Source of the DNA: a virus
Taxonomy: Duplodnaviria > Caudoviricetes
Virus record (IMG/VR): IMGVR_UViG_3300042463_000545
Coordinates: 7,768 to 71,767 of that record
DNA: 64,000 nucleotides
Strand: one strand, 5' to 3'
Below the pieces are notes generated by a model. That model was not told the DNA's origin and did no database searches. It worked only from the letters and a program-made list of their open reading frames with translations. The position numbers were made by a program, and so were the translations under genes. The number at the start of each line of letters is the position of its first letter. The stretch's first letter is position 1. Below, piece by piece: positions 1 to 8,185 of this stretch.

Positions 1-1738
1 TCAATAGTTTCTCACCATCGCTACCACTTGTTACATAGTAACGAATGAGCTTATTGTAAATGGATGGCTCCATTCCTTTTCTATATCCCTCATAATGAAA
101 ATCACTGGTTGATTTCTGTCTTATACAAAAATCAAAAGGATTTCTATGAAGAATAATACTTTCAGAAATAGGAACACCACTAACAAAGTAAGACTCAAGA
201 GCAAGAGGGACAATTCTGGCGGATTTGTTTTTATGAAGTTCAAAATCCGTGAGAAAATCCCCTTTCTTTTTAATTTCTCCATCTGTTTTGATTGCTATGT
301 AGTCATTAACTGTTGAGAATATAATCTTTTTGTAATCAGCTCTCTCAAGCTCATATCCTGTAATCTTACACCACCAGTCATTAATCTTATTCATCTCAGC
401 GAGTTTGCTTTTATGAATATGGATTGTAACACCGTCAGTATTTGCTGATATCACACGTATGTCTTTAGTTTCATACGCTTCAATAAGCATCATCAAGGAC
501 AATTCTCCTGTGATGGTTGTAAACATAGTTAGTTGTCTATCATATATCCAACTATTCATGTCACTAGATTTACCATACACAGAGTTTACAGCAAGCTTCA
601 ACGCACCAACAATACCTTTAATCTTCTTATCATTCTTTGCAAAGGGCTTTAGTTCAAGACGTTTCTCATACATCTTTTTATAGCCTGTAAGGAACTCTTT
701 ACCTAAATGATATGGATACTGCTTATTGTTGATGATAATGGCAGGATAGTAGCTAGAAACGTCCCAGTCAATGATTAGATGATCTTCATCCTCCTCAAAA
801 ACTTCTGGTTTGTTTTCTGTGTGCAATCCACCTTTCATGAACGAATACACGTTGTCATAGAAGTGTATATGTTCCTTGAAATCATCTGTGAGCTCCAGAC
901 GCATCTTCTTAATCTTCTTAAGAAACTCTGTGAGTTGGACAGTCTTGAACTGTACATACGGAGCTATGCACTGGCTAATGAAGATATATTTTCTAAAGTG
1001 ACCTTTTCTAGGAAGTGTTTTGATATCAATCTTCTTCTCTTCAGAATAGTATTTCTTGATGATCTCATCACCAATTTTACTATCTGAATAGTTTATACAT
1101 GGAATATCAAACTCTTTTTCTATATCAAGTCTTAGCTGTATCTGATCATTACCCTTGTACAACGGATGATCTGTTTCACCTATGGTCACCTTGTAAAACT
1201 CATAAGTGGCCATAACATCATTCTTACAATACTGACGTGTGAGCTTTCTATCTTCTAGAGTCATTCCCACTTTTGTGTGGTGAATTGGCATCTCTTCAAT
1301 GTTCTCAAGATCCATTTCAAACTCTAGTCTCTTCAAACTAACACGCCTGTTCTTATTGTCAAAGTGATGTATCTTGAACAAATCAATCTGCTTGAGTGTA
1401 AGATCTTCTTCACGATATTCAGCAAACACATCATAATTAGCATCATGAATAACATCCTGCGCTTTCTGAGCAATCATACCTGCTACTTCTAGATTAGATT
1501 TTTCTCCCCAGTCATGACACTTTCTCAAGATCCATTCAACTACCTGGCTATCAAATCTTAGATTGTTGTAACCCACCCAATAGAAGTCTTTATACCTCTC
1601 TGAGAACTCCACAAACCTATCTAGATCGTATTTGCTTTTGCTCACCTCAAACTCATGATATGTGTTCTCGTGAGGAATATAAATCCCCACGAGAAACATT
1701 TCTTTTAGAGTTTCTATGTCATAGATTAAGACATTCAT
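1..1738 (-). CDS. polB: DNA polymerase family B (runs off the left edge; C-terminus missing)
   Basis: Not in the ORF track because no stop falls in the window. Manual translation from ATG at 1738 (overlapping the upstream TAA) gives MNVLIYDIETL (Exo I), GYNNLRFD (Exo II), DWDVSSYYP (motif A), KLAVNSVYGKS (motif B) and VISANTDGVT (motif C). Confidence 0.93.
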   Translation of the reverse strand, partial: MNVLIYDIETLKEMFLVGIYIPHENTYHEFEVSKSKYDLDRFVEFSERYKDFYWVGYNNLRFDSQVVEWILRKCHDWGEKSNLEVAGMIAQKAQDVIHDANYDVFAEYREEDLTLKQIDLFKIHHFDNKNRRVSLKRLEFEMDLENIEEMPIHHTKVGMTLEDRKLTRQYCKNDVMATYEFYKVTIGETDHPLYKGNDQIQLRLDIEKEFDIPCINYSDSKIGDEIIKKYYSEEKKIDIKTLPRKGHFRKYIFISQCIAPYVQFKTVQLTEFLKKIKKMRLELTDDFKEHIHFYDNVYSFMKGGLHTENKPEVFEEDEDHLIIDWDVSSYYPAIIINNKQYPYHLGKEFLTGYKKMYEKRLELKPFAKNDKKIKGIVGALKLAVNSVYGKSSDMNSWIYDRQLTMFTTITGELSLMMLIEAYETKDIRVISANTDGVTIHIHKSKLAEMNKINDWWCKITGYELERADYKKIIFSTVNDYIAIKTDGEIKKKGDFLTDFELHKNKSARIVPLALESYFVSGVPISESIILHRNPFDFCIRQKSTSDFHYEGYRKGMEPSIYNKLIRYYVTSGSDGEKLL

Positions 1739-2346
1739 TAACTACCACATCTATGGTTGTATGTAACACCTGTAAACTCAATTCTCAAAACTTCTGAATT
1801 ATATCTAGTAGGATTGAAGAATTCATCCACTGTAGAATCAATTGCAGACAGGCTAGATTTCAGCTTATCTGTCATTCTCTTCTTGAGTCTATTGATGGAC
1901 TTACGTTCTAATTCTTCAAATGGAAGAAGCTCATCACCAAATCTAGCAATCATGTGTTTTACATACTCATAGGTTCCTACCTTGATGTAACCAACTACAA
2001 GAGGATCTGGAGAAGCGTCATCATACCAAATACAAATCTTATCAAAGAATTTCAGTCTTTCAGCCATAGCAATTTCTCTCAATACATCTCTTGGGATGGT
2101 AGACTTGTCATATTTCTTGTAATCAACCACTTCTGGACAAAGGATTGCAAATACACGCTCTGCTTTAGCGTTCATGTGGATGTATGGAGAAGGATTCTTA
2201 TCACTCTCTTCTCCTGACTTTGGTGTAATCAGTTTCAACTGACCTTCCATACCAAGTTCTTCAGCAAGCTGTTTCCACTCTTCTGTTACTTCTACAGAAC
2301 CAACCATCTCTTCTAGTTCAGGTTCTAAATAAATTTCTACTGCCAT
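1738..2346 (-). CDS. Hypothetical protein, 202 aa
   Basis: Clean ORF translationally coupled to polB (TAATG overlap); no recognised motif. Confidence 0.8.
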   Translation of the reverse strand: MAVEIYLEPELEEMVGSVEVTEEWKQLAEELGMEGQLKLITPKSGEESDKNPSPYIHMNAKAERVFAILCPEVVDYKKYDKSTIPRDVLREIAMAERLKFFDKICIWYDDASPDPLVVGYIKVGTYEYVKHMIARFGDELLPFEELERKSINRLKKRMTDKLKSSLSAIDSTVDEFFNPTRYNSEVLRIEFTGVTYNHRCGS

Positions 2347-2350
2347 AATT

Positions 2351-2890
2351 TTAGTTTTTTGTGAAATACAATTTTAATTCTTCGATTCTTCTTTTTTTTA
2401 ATCCTTTTAACACTCTTCCTCTTGATGTCGTAAAATGCATAAATTCTTTTTGAATTCTAGGATCATTAGGATTTGTGTTTATCATTCTTAAAAGTTTTGA
2501 CTTTTTAAAATTTCCATATCCAACATTGTACAAAAGACTAATTAATGCAGATTTTTGATTCTGATTAAGTTTAGTTTCTACTAAGTTTTCTAACTGTCTT
2601 CTTGTTTGATTTACATGAAAATTATAAAGCTCATTCATTCTATTCCTACTGATTTCATCTCCCATTCTCACTCTTGTCCCATCCTCATAGCGAGTAGAAC
2701 CCATTCCAATTGTTGGAATTCCTGATGGACATTTATAAGCAGTTAACTTTATTCCCTCAAACTTCTCAATTAATGACCTTGTTGTTTGATCACTTTCATA
2801 GATGTATTGAAAGGACATTGTCTCACTGTTAATATTCAATTGTACAGTGGGAATCAGAAATATTAGAAATGTTGACAAGTATAAATTCAT
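2351..2890 (-). CDS. Phage lysozyme/endolysin (GH24) with N-terminal hydrophobic segment
   Basis: IEKFEGIKLTAYKCPSGIPTIGMG fits the E-x8-(D/C)-x5-T triad; also ALISLLYNVG and GLKKRRIEE. Confidence 0.9.
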   Translation of the reverse strand: MNLYLSTFLIFLIPTVQLNINSETMSFQYIYESDQTTRSLIEKFEGIKLTAYKCPSGIPTIGMGSTRYEDGTRVRMGDEISRNRMNELYNFHVNQTRRQLENLVETKLNQNQKSALISLLYNVGYGNFKKSKLLRMINTNPNDPRIQKEFMHFTTSRGRVLKGLKKRRIEELKLYFTKN

Positions 2891-2923
2891 AACTTTTTCC
2901 GTTAGTAAAATACATAATTTTAA

Positions 2924-3442
2924 TTAGTCTTCCAAGTATTCATCCCAATCATGATCATCTTCATATATATCATCGTCAAATTGATACTTCATGATAACTT
3001 CTTGGTCTTCTGTGATGGTGTAGATTGTACCATCTTGATCATAAGCTTGTTCATCAATTAGTACATGCACCACACCATTATTATTCTGAATAATCCAGTT
3101 AGCATCATCAATATCAAACTCTCTGATTGAGTCATCATCCTGATGAATCCATCCTATTTCTGGAAAATATGCAACGATGTAATCAGGCTCATCAGGATTG
3201 TTCATCTCTAATGTAACCATTATCTCAACAGGAAAACCATTCTTGTTGACAAAGTTGTCATACTCTTCTTCAACTATGTCTTCTTCAAGCAACCATAGCT
3301 CAACAAACTCTTTGTCTGTTCCTGGATATAAACTATTCATAAAGATCATACCCTGCTCAAGTTTCTCAGGTTGGTAGAAGCTAACCTTTAAGTTAGCCTC
3401 TAACCACATGAGATGTCTCATATCAAATAATGACCCAGCCAT
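2924..3442 (-). CDS. Acidic hypothetical protein
   Basis: 172-aa ORF, very D/E-rich, in the tightly packed minus-strand operon. Confidence 0.75.
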   Translation of the reverse strand: MAGSLFDMRHLMWLEANLKVSFYQPEKLEQGMIFMNSLYPGTDKEFVELWLLEEDIVEEEYDNFVNKNGFPVEIMVTLEMNNPDEPDYIVAYFPEIGWIHQDDDSIREFDIDDANWIIQNNNGVVHVLIDEQAYDQDGTIYTITEDQEVIMKYQFDDDIYEDDHDWDEYLED

Positions 3443-3665
3443 TGTCTTTGTCTAGTTTATCTTGAATATCCATCCAATAATTATGACCTTCGTTTGATTT
3501 CTCCCAAACGAATGCAGAATAAAGAAATTCATTCTCGAATACATTCACAGTTGAAGGATCTATTGATACTTCTTGATTTGCCATATTAGCAAAGAATTTG
3601 TCTGCATTGTCCTTGTCCAGATATGAATTTGCCCAATGCTTGTAAGTGTTTAGTTGTTTTTCCAT
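3423..3665 (-). CDS. Hypothetical protein
   Basis: 80-aa ORF containing SAFVWEKSNEGHNYW; overlaps both neighbours. Confidence 0.7.
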   Translation of the reverse strand: MEKQLNTYKHWANSYLDKDNADKFFANMANQEVSIDPSTVNVFENEFLYSAFVWEKSNEGHNYWMDIQDKLDKDNGWVII

Positions 3666-3808
3666 GATGGATCTGGTTTTCTTGCTTCAGTGAATATATG
3701 TTCAAATACTTCATTGAACCCGTAGGTTCCTCTAATTGTGCTTTTTACGCCTCTTGGTGCTAAGTCTCCTGTTCTTTGAATTTCTCGTGCTTTAAATAGT
3801 TTCTTCAT
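3650..3808 (-). CDS. Small hypothetical protein (start revised to MKKLFKARE)
   Basis: Internal ATG at 3808 with an A-rich leader; avoids a long overlap with the upstream gene. Confidence 0.55.
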   Translation of the reverse strand: MKKLFKAREIQRTGDLAPRGVKSTIRGTYGFNEVFEHIFTEARKPDPSWKNN

Positions 3809-4016
3809 CGTTTTCTTTTTTACGTGCTTTAAAATTTCTTTTTGCTGTTTCCATTGCCTCCACTTCTGTGTCAGCAAACCCTGTATCATACGTCCAACCA
3901 TCGTTGAACCAATACAACCATTCTCCTACATGTGACTGAAACACTCCTATTGAATCAATGGGAATATCTCTGCCATAGAATAGGCTCTTCGCTTGTTTTC
4001 CTAAATAGACTTCCAT
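3792..4016 (-). CDS. Small hypothetical protein (start revised to MEVYLGK)
   Basis: ATG at 4016 lies just downstream of the terminator-like hairpin. Confidence 0.6.
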   Translation of the reverse strand: MEVYLGKQAKSLFYGRDIPIDSIGVFQSHVGEWLYWFNDGWTYDTGFADTEVEAMETAKRNFKARKKENDEETI

Positions 4017-4022
4017 AATGCT

Positions 4023-4058
4023 AAAATAAAAATGTCCAGCGATTAAAACTGGACATTT
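4023..4058 (-). terminator. Probable intrinsic terminator
   Basis: 10-bp inverted repeat AAATGTCCAG/CTGGACATTT followed on the minus strand by TTATTTT, directly after the stop of 4057..4257. Confidence 0.7.
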
Positions 4059-4257
4059 ATTCTTTTCCTTCAACAATATCTTTGAGTTGATTCCAGATTC
4101 TCTCTGCGTTCTCTCCCCAATACATATCACACTTACCATCCTTAATTGGAGCTTCCATAAAGTATGATTGCATATATTCGCTAGGTTTTGCTGTAAATCT
4201 ATAGCATTTTTCTTTCTGGGGACAATTTGTCCCTGGGCACATTGTTATGTCAGGCAT
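4057..4257 (-). CDS. Small Cys-containing phage protein
   Basis: MPDITMCPGTNCPQKEKCYRFTA...CDMYW: four Cys, possible Zn binding. Confidence 0.75.
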   Translation of the reverse strand: MPDITMCPGTNCPQKEKCYRFTAKPSEYMQSYFMEAPIKDGKCDMYWGENAERIWNQLKDIVEGKE

Positions 4258-4456
4258 TTTCTCCGTATGTTTCGTTATAATACTTTCCTAATTCAAATTT
4301 GTGCAAAAGAGTAGCAGATGCACCGTTTAAATTTGCCCTCTCAATTTGCATCTTCTCTCTTTCCTTGGCTTCTTTCAAAATGCTTTGCCATGCAAACTTA
4401 TCTTTTGGTGTTTCCCATAATCTGTTGAACAACCAATCTACTGCTGTCTGTTTCAT
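4250..4456 (-). CDS. Small phage protein (MKQTAVDWL type)
   Basis: 68-aa ORF preceded by the AAACGCAC leader motif. Confidence 0.75.
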   Translation of the reverse strand: MKQTAVDWLFNRLWETPKDKFAWQSILKEAKEREKMQIERANLNGASATLLHKFELGKYYNETYGENA

Positions 4457-4614
4457 GTGTGCGTTTGTTTATTTTTATTCAAATCTTCATCAAACAAATC
4501 TTCTCCTTTGTAATCAGGATGATTCTCATGCATGTAATTTATGCCTCTCACCCAAAATACAGCAATGAATGTAGAAATGCTGGTGACAATTAATATGCTA
4601 ATTAGTAGTTCCAT
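4453..4614 (-). CDS. 53-aa membrane microprotein (not in ORF track)
   Basis: MELLISILIVTSISTFIAVFWVRGINYMHENHPDYKGEDLF...; ATGA overlap with the next gene; one hydrophobic helix. Confidence 0.65.
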   Translation of the reverse strand: MELLISILIVTSISTFIAVFWVRGINYMHENHPDYKGEDLFDEDLNKNKQTHT

Positions 4615-4633
4615 GTGTTTTGTTTTTAGTGTG

Positions 4634-4737
4634 TAGTCAGGGTAGGATTTGAACCTACACGCACATCTAAGGTTATCTCAATGTGCCATTACTTTTACAA
4701 GCAGTTCCAATGTGTGTCTCCATTCCACCACCTGACT
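4634..4737 (-). tRNA. Atypical tRNA-like RNA (Leu-type acceptor and D arm, enlarged anticodon arm, long variable arm; identity undetermined)
   Basis: Acceptor AGTCAGG/CCTGACT plus A; D arm GTGGAATGGAGACAC; T arm GTAGG-TTCAAAT-CCTAC; variable arm GCACAT...ATGTGC; anticodon arm CATT...AATG enclosing 18 nt. Confidence 0.7.
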
Positions 4738-4787
4738 AGTTTGCCACTGGAAAGCACTGGCGACTTAATTAACATCAAACCCAATAT

Positions 4788-4931
4788 TTACCCTACTAAT
4801 GAACGCTTCTTAAGCTGATAATACACTTGTGTAGGCTTTTTCTTCATTGTCCATGCCATCTCTTTTATTGTAAGCTTATCACGCCACAATTCTATGAGAG
4901 TGTCTATTTCTTCTTCTGTGAATGCGCTCAT
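4788..4931 (-). CDS. 47-aa helix-turn-helix microprotein (not in ORF track)
   Basis: MSAFTEEEIDTLIELWRDKLTIKEMAWTMKKKPTQVYYQLKKRSLVG fits an HTH pattern. Confidence 0.65.
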   Translation of the reverse strand: MSAFTEEEIDTLIELWRDKLTIKEMAWTMKKKPTQVYYQLKKRSLVG

Positions 4932-4935
4932 AACT

Positions 4936-5103
4936 CTATTCGTAATAGCCCCATTGGATTAGTTTATCCTCAGGGGCTGTAACATGATAATTGTTTTTTA
5001 CTTGTTTAACATGAAATTTGACATTGAACTTGTCAGCAATTGCTCTAAAGTTCTCTATCTCCTCTTCTGTGAGTTTTATTGTTTTGGTCTTTACGTGGCT
5101 CAT
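4936..5103 (-). CDS. 55-aa hypothetical protein (not in ORF track)
   Basis: MSHVKTKTIKLTEEEIENFRAIADKFNVKF...WGYYE*; fills the gap in the operon. Confidence 0.55.
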   Translation of the reverse strand: MSHVKTKTIKLTEEEIENFRAIADKFNVKFHVKQVKNNYHVTAPEDKLIQWGYYE

Positions 5104-5299
5104 ACATGTATATTGTTAATAGAATCGTCAACGAAGCTATTACATGAGCTAGAAATCCCAAAGATGGGTGTAATTCCAATGTTCTACACGTTATTATCAA
5201 CACTAGCGTAATCATGTAATACACAAATATGTAAAACGCTAAGATCATTGCAATAAAACTTGTCATATTTTTCATATGTTCTTTCAGTTGTGGTTTCAT
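5045..5299 (-). CDS. Small membrane protein
   Basis: Two hydrophobic stretches; ATGA coupling to the upstream gene. Confidence 0.5.
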   Translation of the reverse strand: MKPQLKEHMKNMTSFIAMILAFYIFVYYMITLVLIITCRTLELHPSLGFLAHVIASLTILLTIYMYEPRKDQNNKTHRRGDREL

Positions 5300-5559
5300 A
5301 TCCTAAAGATTTTCATAAGTTTCTCAATCATATCTGACCTCATCACTCTAGTGTTCTTAATTTCCACCTCATCTGTAACTATTCTATAAACCACCTCAGA
5401 ACGATGTCTAATATTGGTGTACCATCTGTTTGATATAACCAAAGGTTTAACCCCAGTGACATCACTAACACGTTTAAAAGCGTAAGTGAGGTTTGTGGGA
5501 TAAAGCTTAACCATTGTAATGATTAAGTTGTCGAGTTGTTCTTTATTCTTCACTTTCAT
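5296..5559 (-). CDS. Hypothetical basic protein, possibly DNA-binding
   Basis: 87 aa; AFKRVSDVTGVKPLVISNRWY is HTH-like. Confidence 0.65.
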   Translation of the reverse strand: MKVKNKEQLDNLIITMVKLYPTNLTYAFKRVSDVTGVKPLVISNRWYTNIRHRSEVVYRIVTDEVEIKNTRVMRSDMIEKLMKIFRI

Positions 5560-5564
5560 GGCTA

Positions 5565-5840
5565 TTAAGAGTTGAATAGTAAGTCAAAATGATCAACCAC
5601 TTCATTCATTGTATCCCATTTGTAAACAAAATGAGATCCCACTTCTTGATGTACACTTATTGCAAAAGGAATAAATGTACGTGTAAGAAAAGCCTGTCCT
5701 TTTAGAGAAGTGAATTCATCTTCTCCTGGATAGGAATAATAAAAACTGTTCTCGTGATCTGTAATCACAACGAACCTCTTTGTTGCTTCAGGTGTATTGA
5801 TGTCCATCAACACGTCTGCAATTGTTTGGTGTGCTTTCAT
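5565..5840 (-). CDS. Hypothetical protein (start revised to MKAHQT)
   Basis: ATG at 5840 directly follows the AAACGCAC motif. Confidence 0.65.
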   Translation of the reverse strand: MKAHQTIADVLMDINTPEATKRFVVITDHENSFYYSYPGEDEFTSLKGQAFLTRTFIPFAISVHQEVGSHFVYKWDTMNEVVDHFDLLFNS

Positions 5841-5944
5841 GTGCGTTTTTGCTTTAATTGTGTGTTTATTTGCTTTAATTTTACTTAATGCTATAATAAT
5901 TGAGCAGTTTATTCTGATGCTCAGCAGGCGCACAATAATCAATG

Positions 5945-6223
5945 TTATTGTTCCCTGTTACTCATGAATTCATCATAAGCACTCAACATTTCTTCTTCAT
6001 TGTTTACAGAAGTAACCTTCCACTTTGCTAGTGTAAATCCTTCAGGTAAAGCATCTCTTTTGATAACTGCTTCACCAAACTTACACTTGAAGTCATTGGT
6101 TTGTGGTTCACAATAGTGAAACTCGTTTGGTCCTAATAAAAGAAAGAAGGTGTCCTTTTCAGACACCATTCTATCCTTGATTATTTCATTAAAATGATGA
6201 TCAATACTTTCTACTAAACTCAT
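5945..6223 (-). CDS. Hypothetical protein (start revised to MSLVES); probable paralog of 5565..5840
   Basis: ATGA overlap with the upstream gene; shares an N-x-F-x-Y-x2-P-x4-F-x4-G-x-A-x3-R pattern with its neighbour. Confidence 0.65.
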   Translation of the reverse strand: MSLVESIDHHFNEIIKDRMVSEKDTFFLLLGPNEFHYCEPQTNDFKCKFGEAVIKRDALPEGFTLAKWKVTSVNNEEEMLSAYDEFMSNREQ

Positions 6224-6600
6224 TTCTCTTTCTTTATGTAGATACGTTGAGGATAATCTGCTTGAAATACATACTTTGTAACAGGACAAAGCCATAACTC
6301 ATGACCATCAATGATTGATTTGTAGTATGCACCACCATCAACTCTTGCGTGACCCACTGAGTCTAAGTACATATCATCATGACCTAGTTTTGTTCTATCC
6401 AACGTGTCTGTAGAACCTTCAAAGTTTACATCTGAGAATGACACAGTCACCTCACCAGTATTGTTTGATAGTCTATCTAAATATGTATCAGATCCTCCAA
6501 CCATCATCAAGTTAGCCTTTGTTCCAAGTCCTAACATGAGAAACTCTGGAAGATCTATATACCATATACCTTCTTCTTTATAAAATCTATGCGTTTTCAT
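6220..6600 (-). CDS. Conserved phage protein, resembles DUF6717
   Basis: FYKEEGIWYIDLPE...LMMVGGSDTYLD...LWLCPVTKYVF..YP; family name is from recollection, not searched. Confidence 0.65.
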   Translation of the reverse strand: MKTHRFYKEEGIWYIDLPEFLMLGLGTKANLMMVGGSDTYLDRLSNNTGEVTVSFSDVNFEGSTDTLDRTKLGHDDMYLDSVGHARVDGGAYYKSIIDGHELWLCPVTKYVFQADYPQRIYIKKEK

Positions 6601-6602
6601 TC

Positions 6603-6734
6603 TTAAAATATAATTTCTGGAAAATACTTAATGAACTCAATCCACCACACAGTGAGTGTGATGGCTAGAGCTGCTAACAAACTGTAGAACACAATGGCTC
6701 TACTGAGTGCTTTTTTGTCAATTTGTTTTTTCAT
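6603..6734 (-). CDS. 43-aa single-TM microprotein (not in ORF track)
   Basis: MKKQIDKKALSRAIVFYSLLAALAITLTVWWIEFIKYFPEIIF*; ATGA coupling. Confidence 0.6.
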   Translation of the reverse strand: MKKQIDKKALSRAIVFYSLLAALAITLTVWWIEFIKYFPEIIF

Positions 6735-7042
6735 TTCTCAATGAGGTTTTTTGTATAAACTACACGATATGTAATACTTCCAGCTTTCACACTTCCATCC
6801 TTCAATGTGTCTTGCCAGTAGGTTGTAGTATTCTCATTCATCCACCTTATTGGATAATACTCGCTTCTTCCATTTGTGACAATACATATACTGTCTGTAC
6901 CAATTCTTAAAGCATCTTCAATGATACCTTGCCTATCTCTAATCTCTATTGGTGTTCCATCAATAGGATCTTTTGTGATGTACTCTGGAGTACATGCACT
7001 AATTAGTCCTAAGAATAGGACTGCAATAAATGATTTTTTCAT
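6731..7042 (-). CDS. Predicted lipoprotein
   Basis: MKKSFIAVLFLGLISAC: basic N-region, hydrophobic core, lipobox ending in Cys. Confidence 0.8.
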   Translation of the reverse strand: MKKSFIAVLFLGLISACTPEYITKDPIDGTPIEIRDRQGIIEDALRIGTDSICIVTNGRSEYYPIRWMNENTTTYWQDTLKDGSVKAGSITYRVVYTKNLIEK

Positions 7043-7056
7043 GTGCGTTTTTATTT

Positions 7057-7287
7057 TTAATCTTCTAATTCACCAAATAACTCTCTCCATTCTGTTGGAT
7101 GGATACCAGATATGATAAACTCACGTTCATCAATAGACAAATGAGGAAATGCTTCTTGAATCAATCCAAGTCTTCCATTAAAGAAATCATTCAACTGCTG
7201 TTGAGTGACATCTAATTCCATCTGATAAGTCTTACCAGATACAATACTCTGTCTTTCAATTATCATAATCTTCAGCGTCTTGTTCAA
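7057..7287 (-). CDS. Conserved small phage protein
   Basis: LIQEAFPHLSIDEREFIISGIHPTEW motif; true start may be an internal Met. Confidence 0.7.
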   Translation of the reverse strand: MNKTLKIMIIERQSIVSGKTYQMELDVTQQQLNDFFNGRLGLIQEAFPHLSIDEREFIISGIHPTEWRELFGELED

Positions 7288-7471
7288 AATCTTCCCATTC
7301 TGTGTAGTAGATTACATCATCAGCGTAAGCATCGTCTATATCTCTATATCCTCTGCTTACACACCATTTGCGTGCATCTTTTTCATATTTGAAATACACA
7401 CATCCATCATCTCCAACCCATCCTTGATTCATCCCTTCACCTGTAATAGAACAACTCCTTGCCCATTTCAT
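7256..7471 (-). CDS. Small phage protein (start revised to MKWARSCSITGEGMNQGW)
   Basis: ATGA overlap with the stop of the upstream ORF. Confidence 0.7.
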   Translation of the reverse strand: MKWARSCSITGEGMNQGWVGDDGCVYFKYEKDARKWCVSRGYRDIDDAYADDVIYYTEWEDFEQDAEDYDN

Positions 7472-8070
7472 AGAAACAGACAAAGAGTTGACATACCTAA
7501 CAGAAATACCATCATCCAGATACACTGTTTGATAGTTGTTTGATGAACTTTCTTCATCGCTTCTGATTCAGTGCTTCTTTTACTAATCTCTGCATCAACT
7601 GCAATAGCATACAATGATGATAAACAGAAGATTGCAAGAGAACCAAGAAGATTATAATCATTAAGACCCACCTGGAGCCCATAAATCATTATAAAAATCA
7701 TTCCTACTGCTGCGAGGATAGCAGTGCTGAACGCTATTCCTCTAACTAATTTTAGTGTGCTCATTTTGTTTGTACTTTGGTTTGTTTGTTTTTCTATTTT
7801 TTCAATTGGTAATTCTTGAATTTCAATCATGTGACGTGTTACATCCTCAGGTGTGAGAAAACCTAACACATCATCTGTTATATGTGTACCATAAGTGATT
7901 TCACCATCACTATCTAAGACAGCAAGTTCATATAAACCTGTTTTCCCACCATAACTGTAAGGACCCTTGACAACAGATACACCATATCCATTGTCAAACT
8001 TCATAAATGCACGAATCCAATTACTATCATCGTCCACTATATTAAATGATAAATCTTTAAATGTTTTCAT
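7468..8070 (-). CDS. Two-part ORF: soluble phage domain fused to a membrane protein
   Basis: MKTFKDL...FDNGYGVSVV...SYGG..GLYELAVL domain, then an A-rich linker and an internal ATG at 7764 opening a part with about 3 TM segments. Confidence 0.65.
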   Translation of the reverse strand: MKTFKDLSFNIVDDDSNWIRAFMKFDNGYGVSVVKGPYSYGGKTGLYELAVLDSDGEITYGTHITDDVLGFLTPEDVTRHMIEIQELPIEKIEKQTNQSTNKMSTLKLVRGIAFSTAILAAVGMIFIMIYGLQVGLNDYNLLGSLAIFCLSSLYAIAVDAEISKRSTESEAMKKVHQTTIKQCIWMMVFLLGMSTLCLFL

Positions 8071-8185
8071 AAATAATGATATAAGATTGGTAAACAATAA
8101 ATACTATCTAATATGAGACATGTAACAAATGCTTTCAATGTCTCTTTTCCTGTGCCCTTGAAATTGGGCATTACACATACTGTAA

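Noticed and set aside
459-2217. Plus-strand ORFs of 71-102 aa
   Set aside because: Shadow ORFs antisense to polB and its neighbour.
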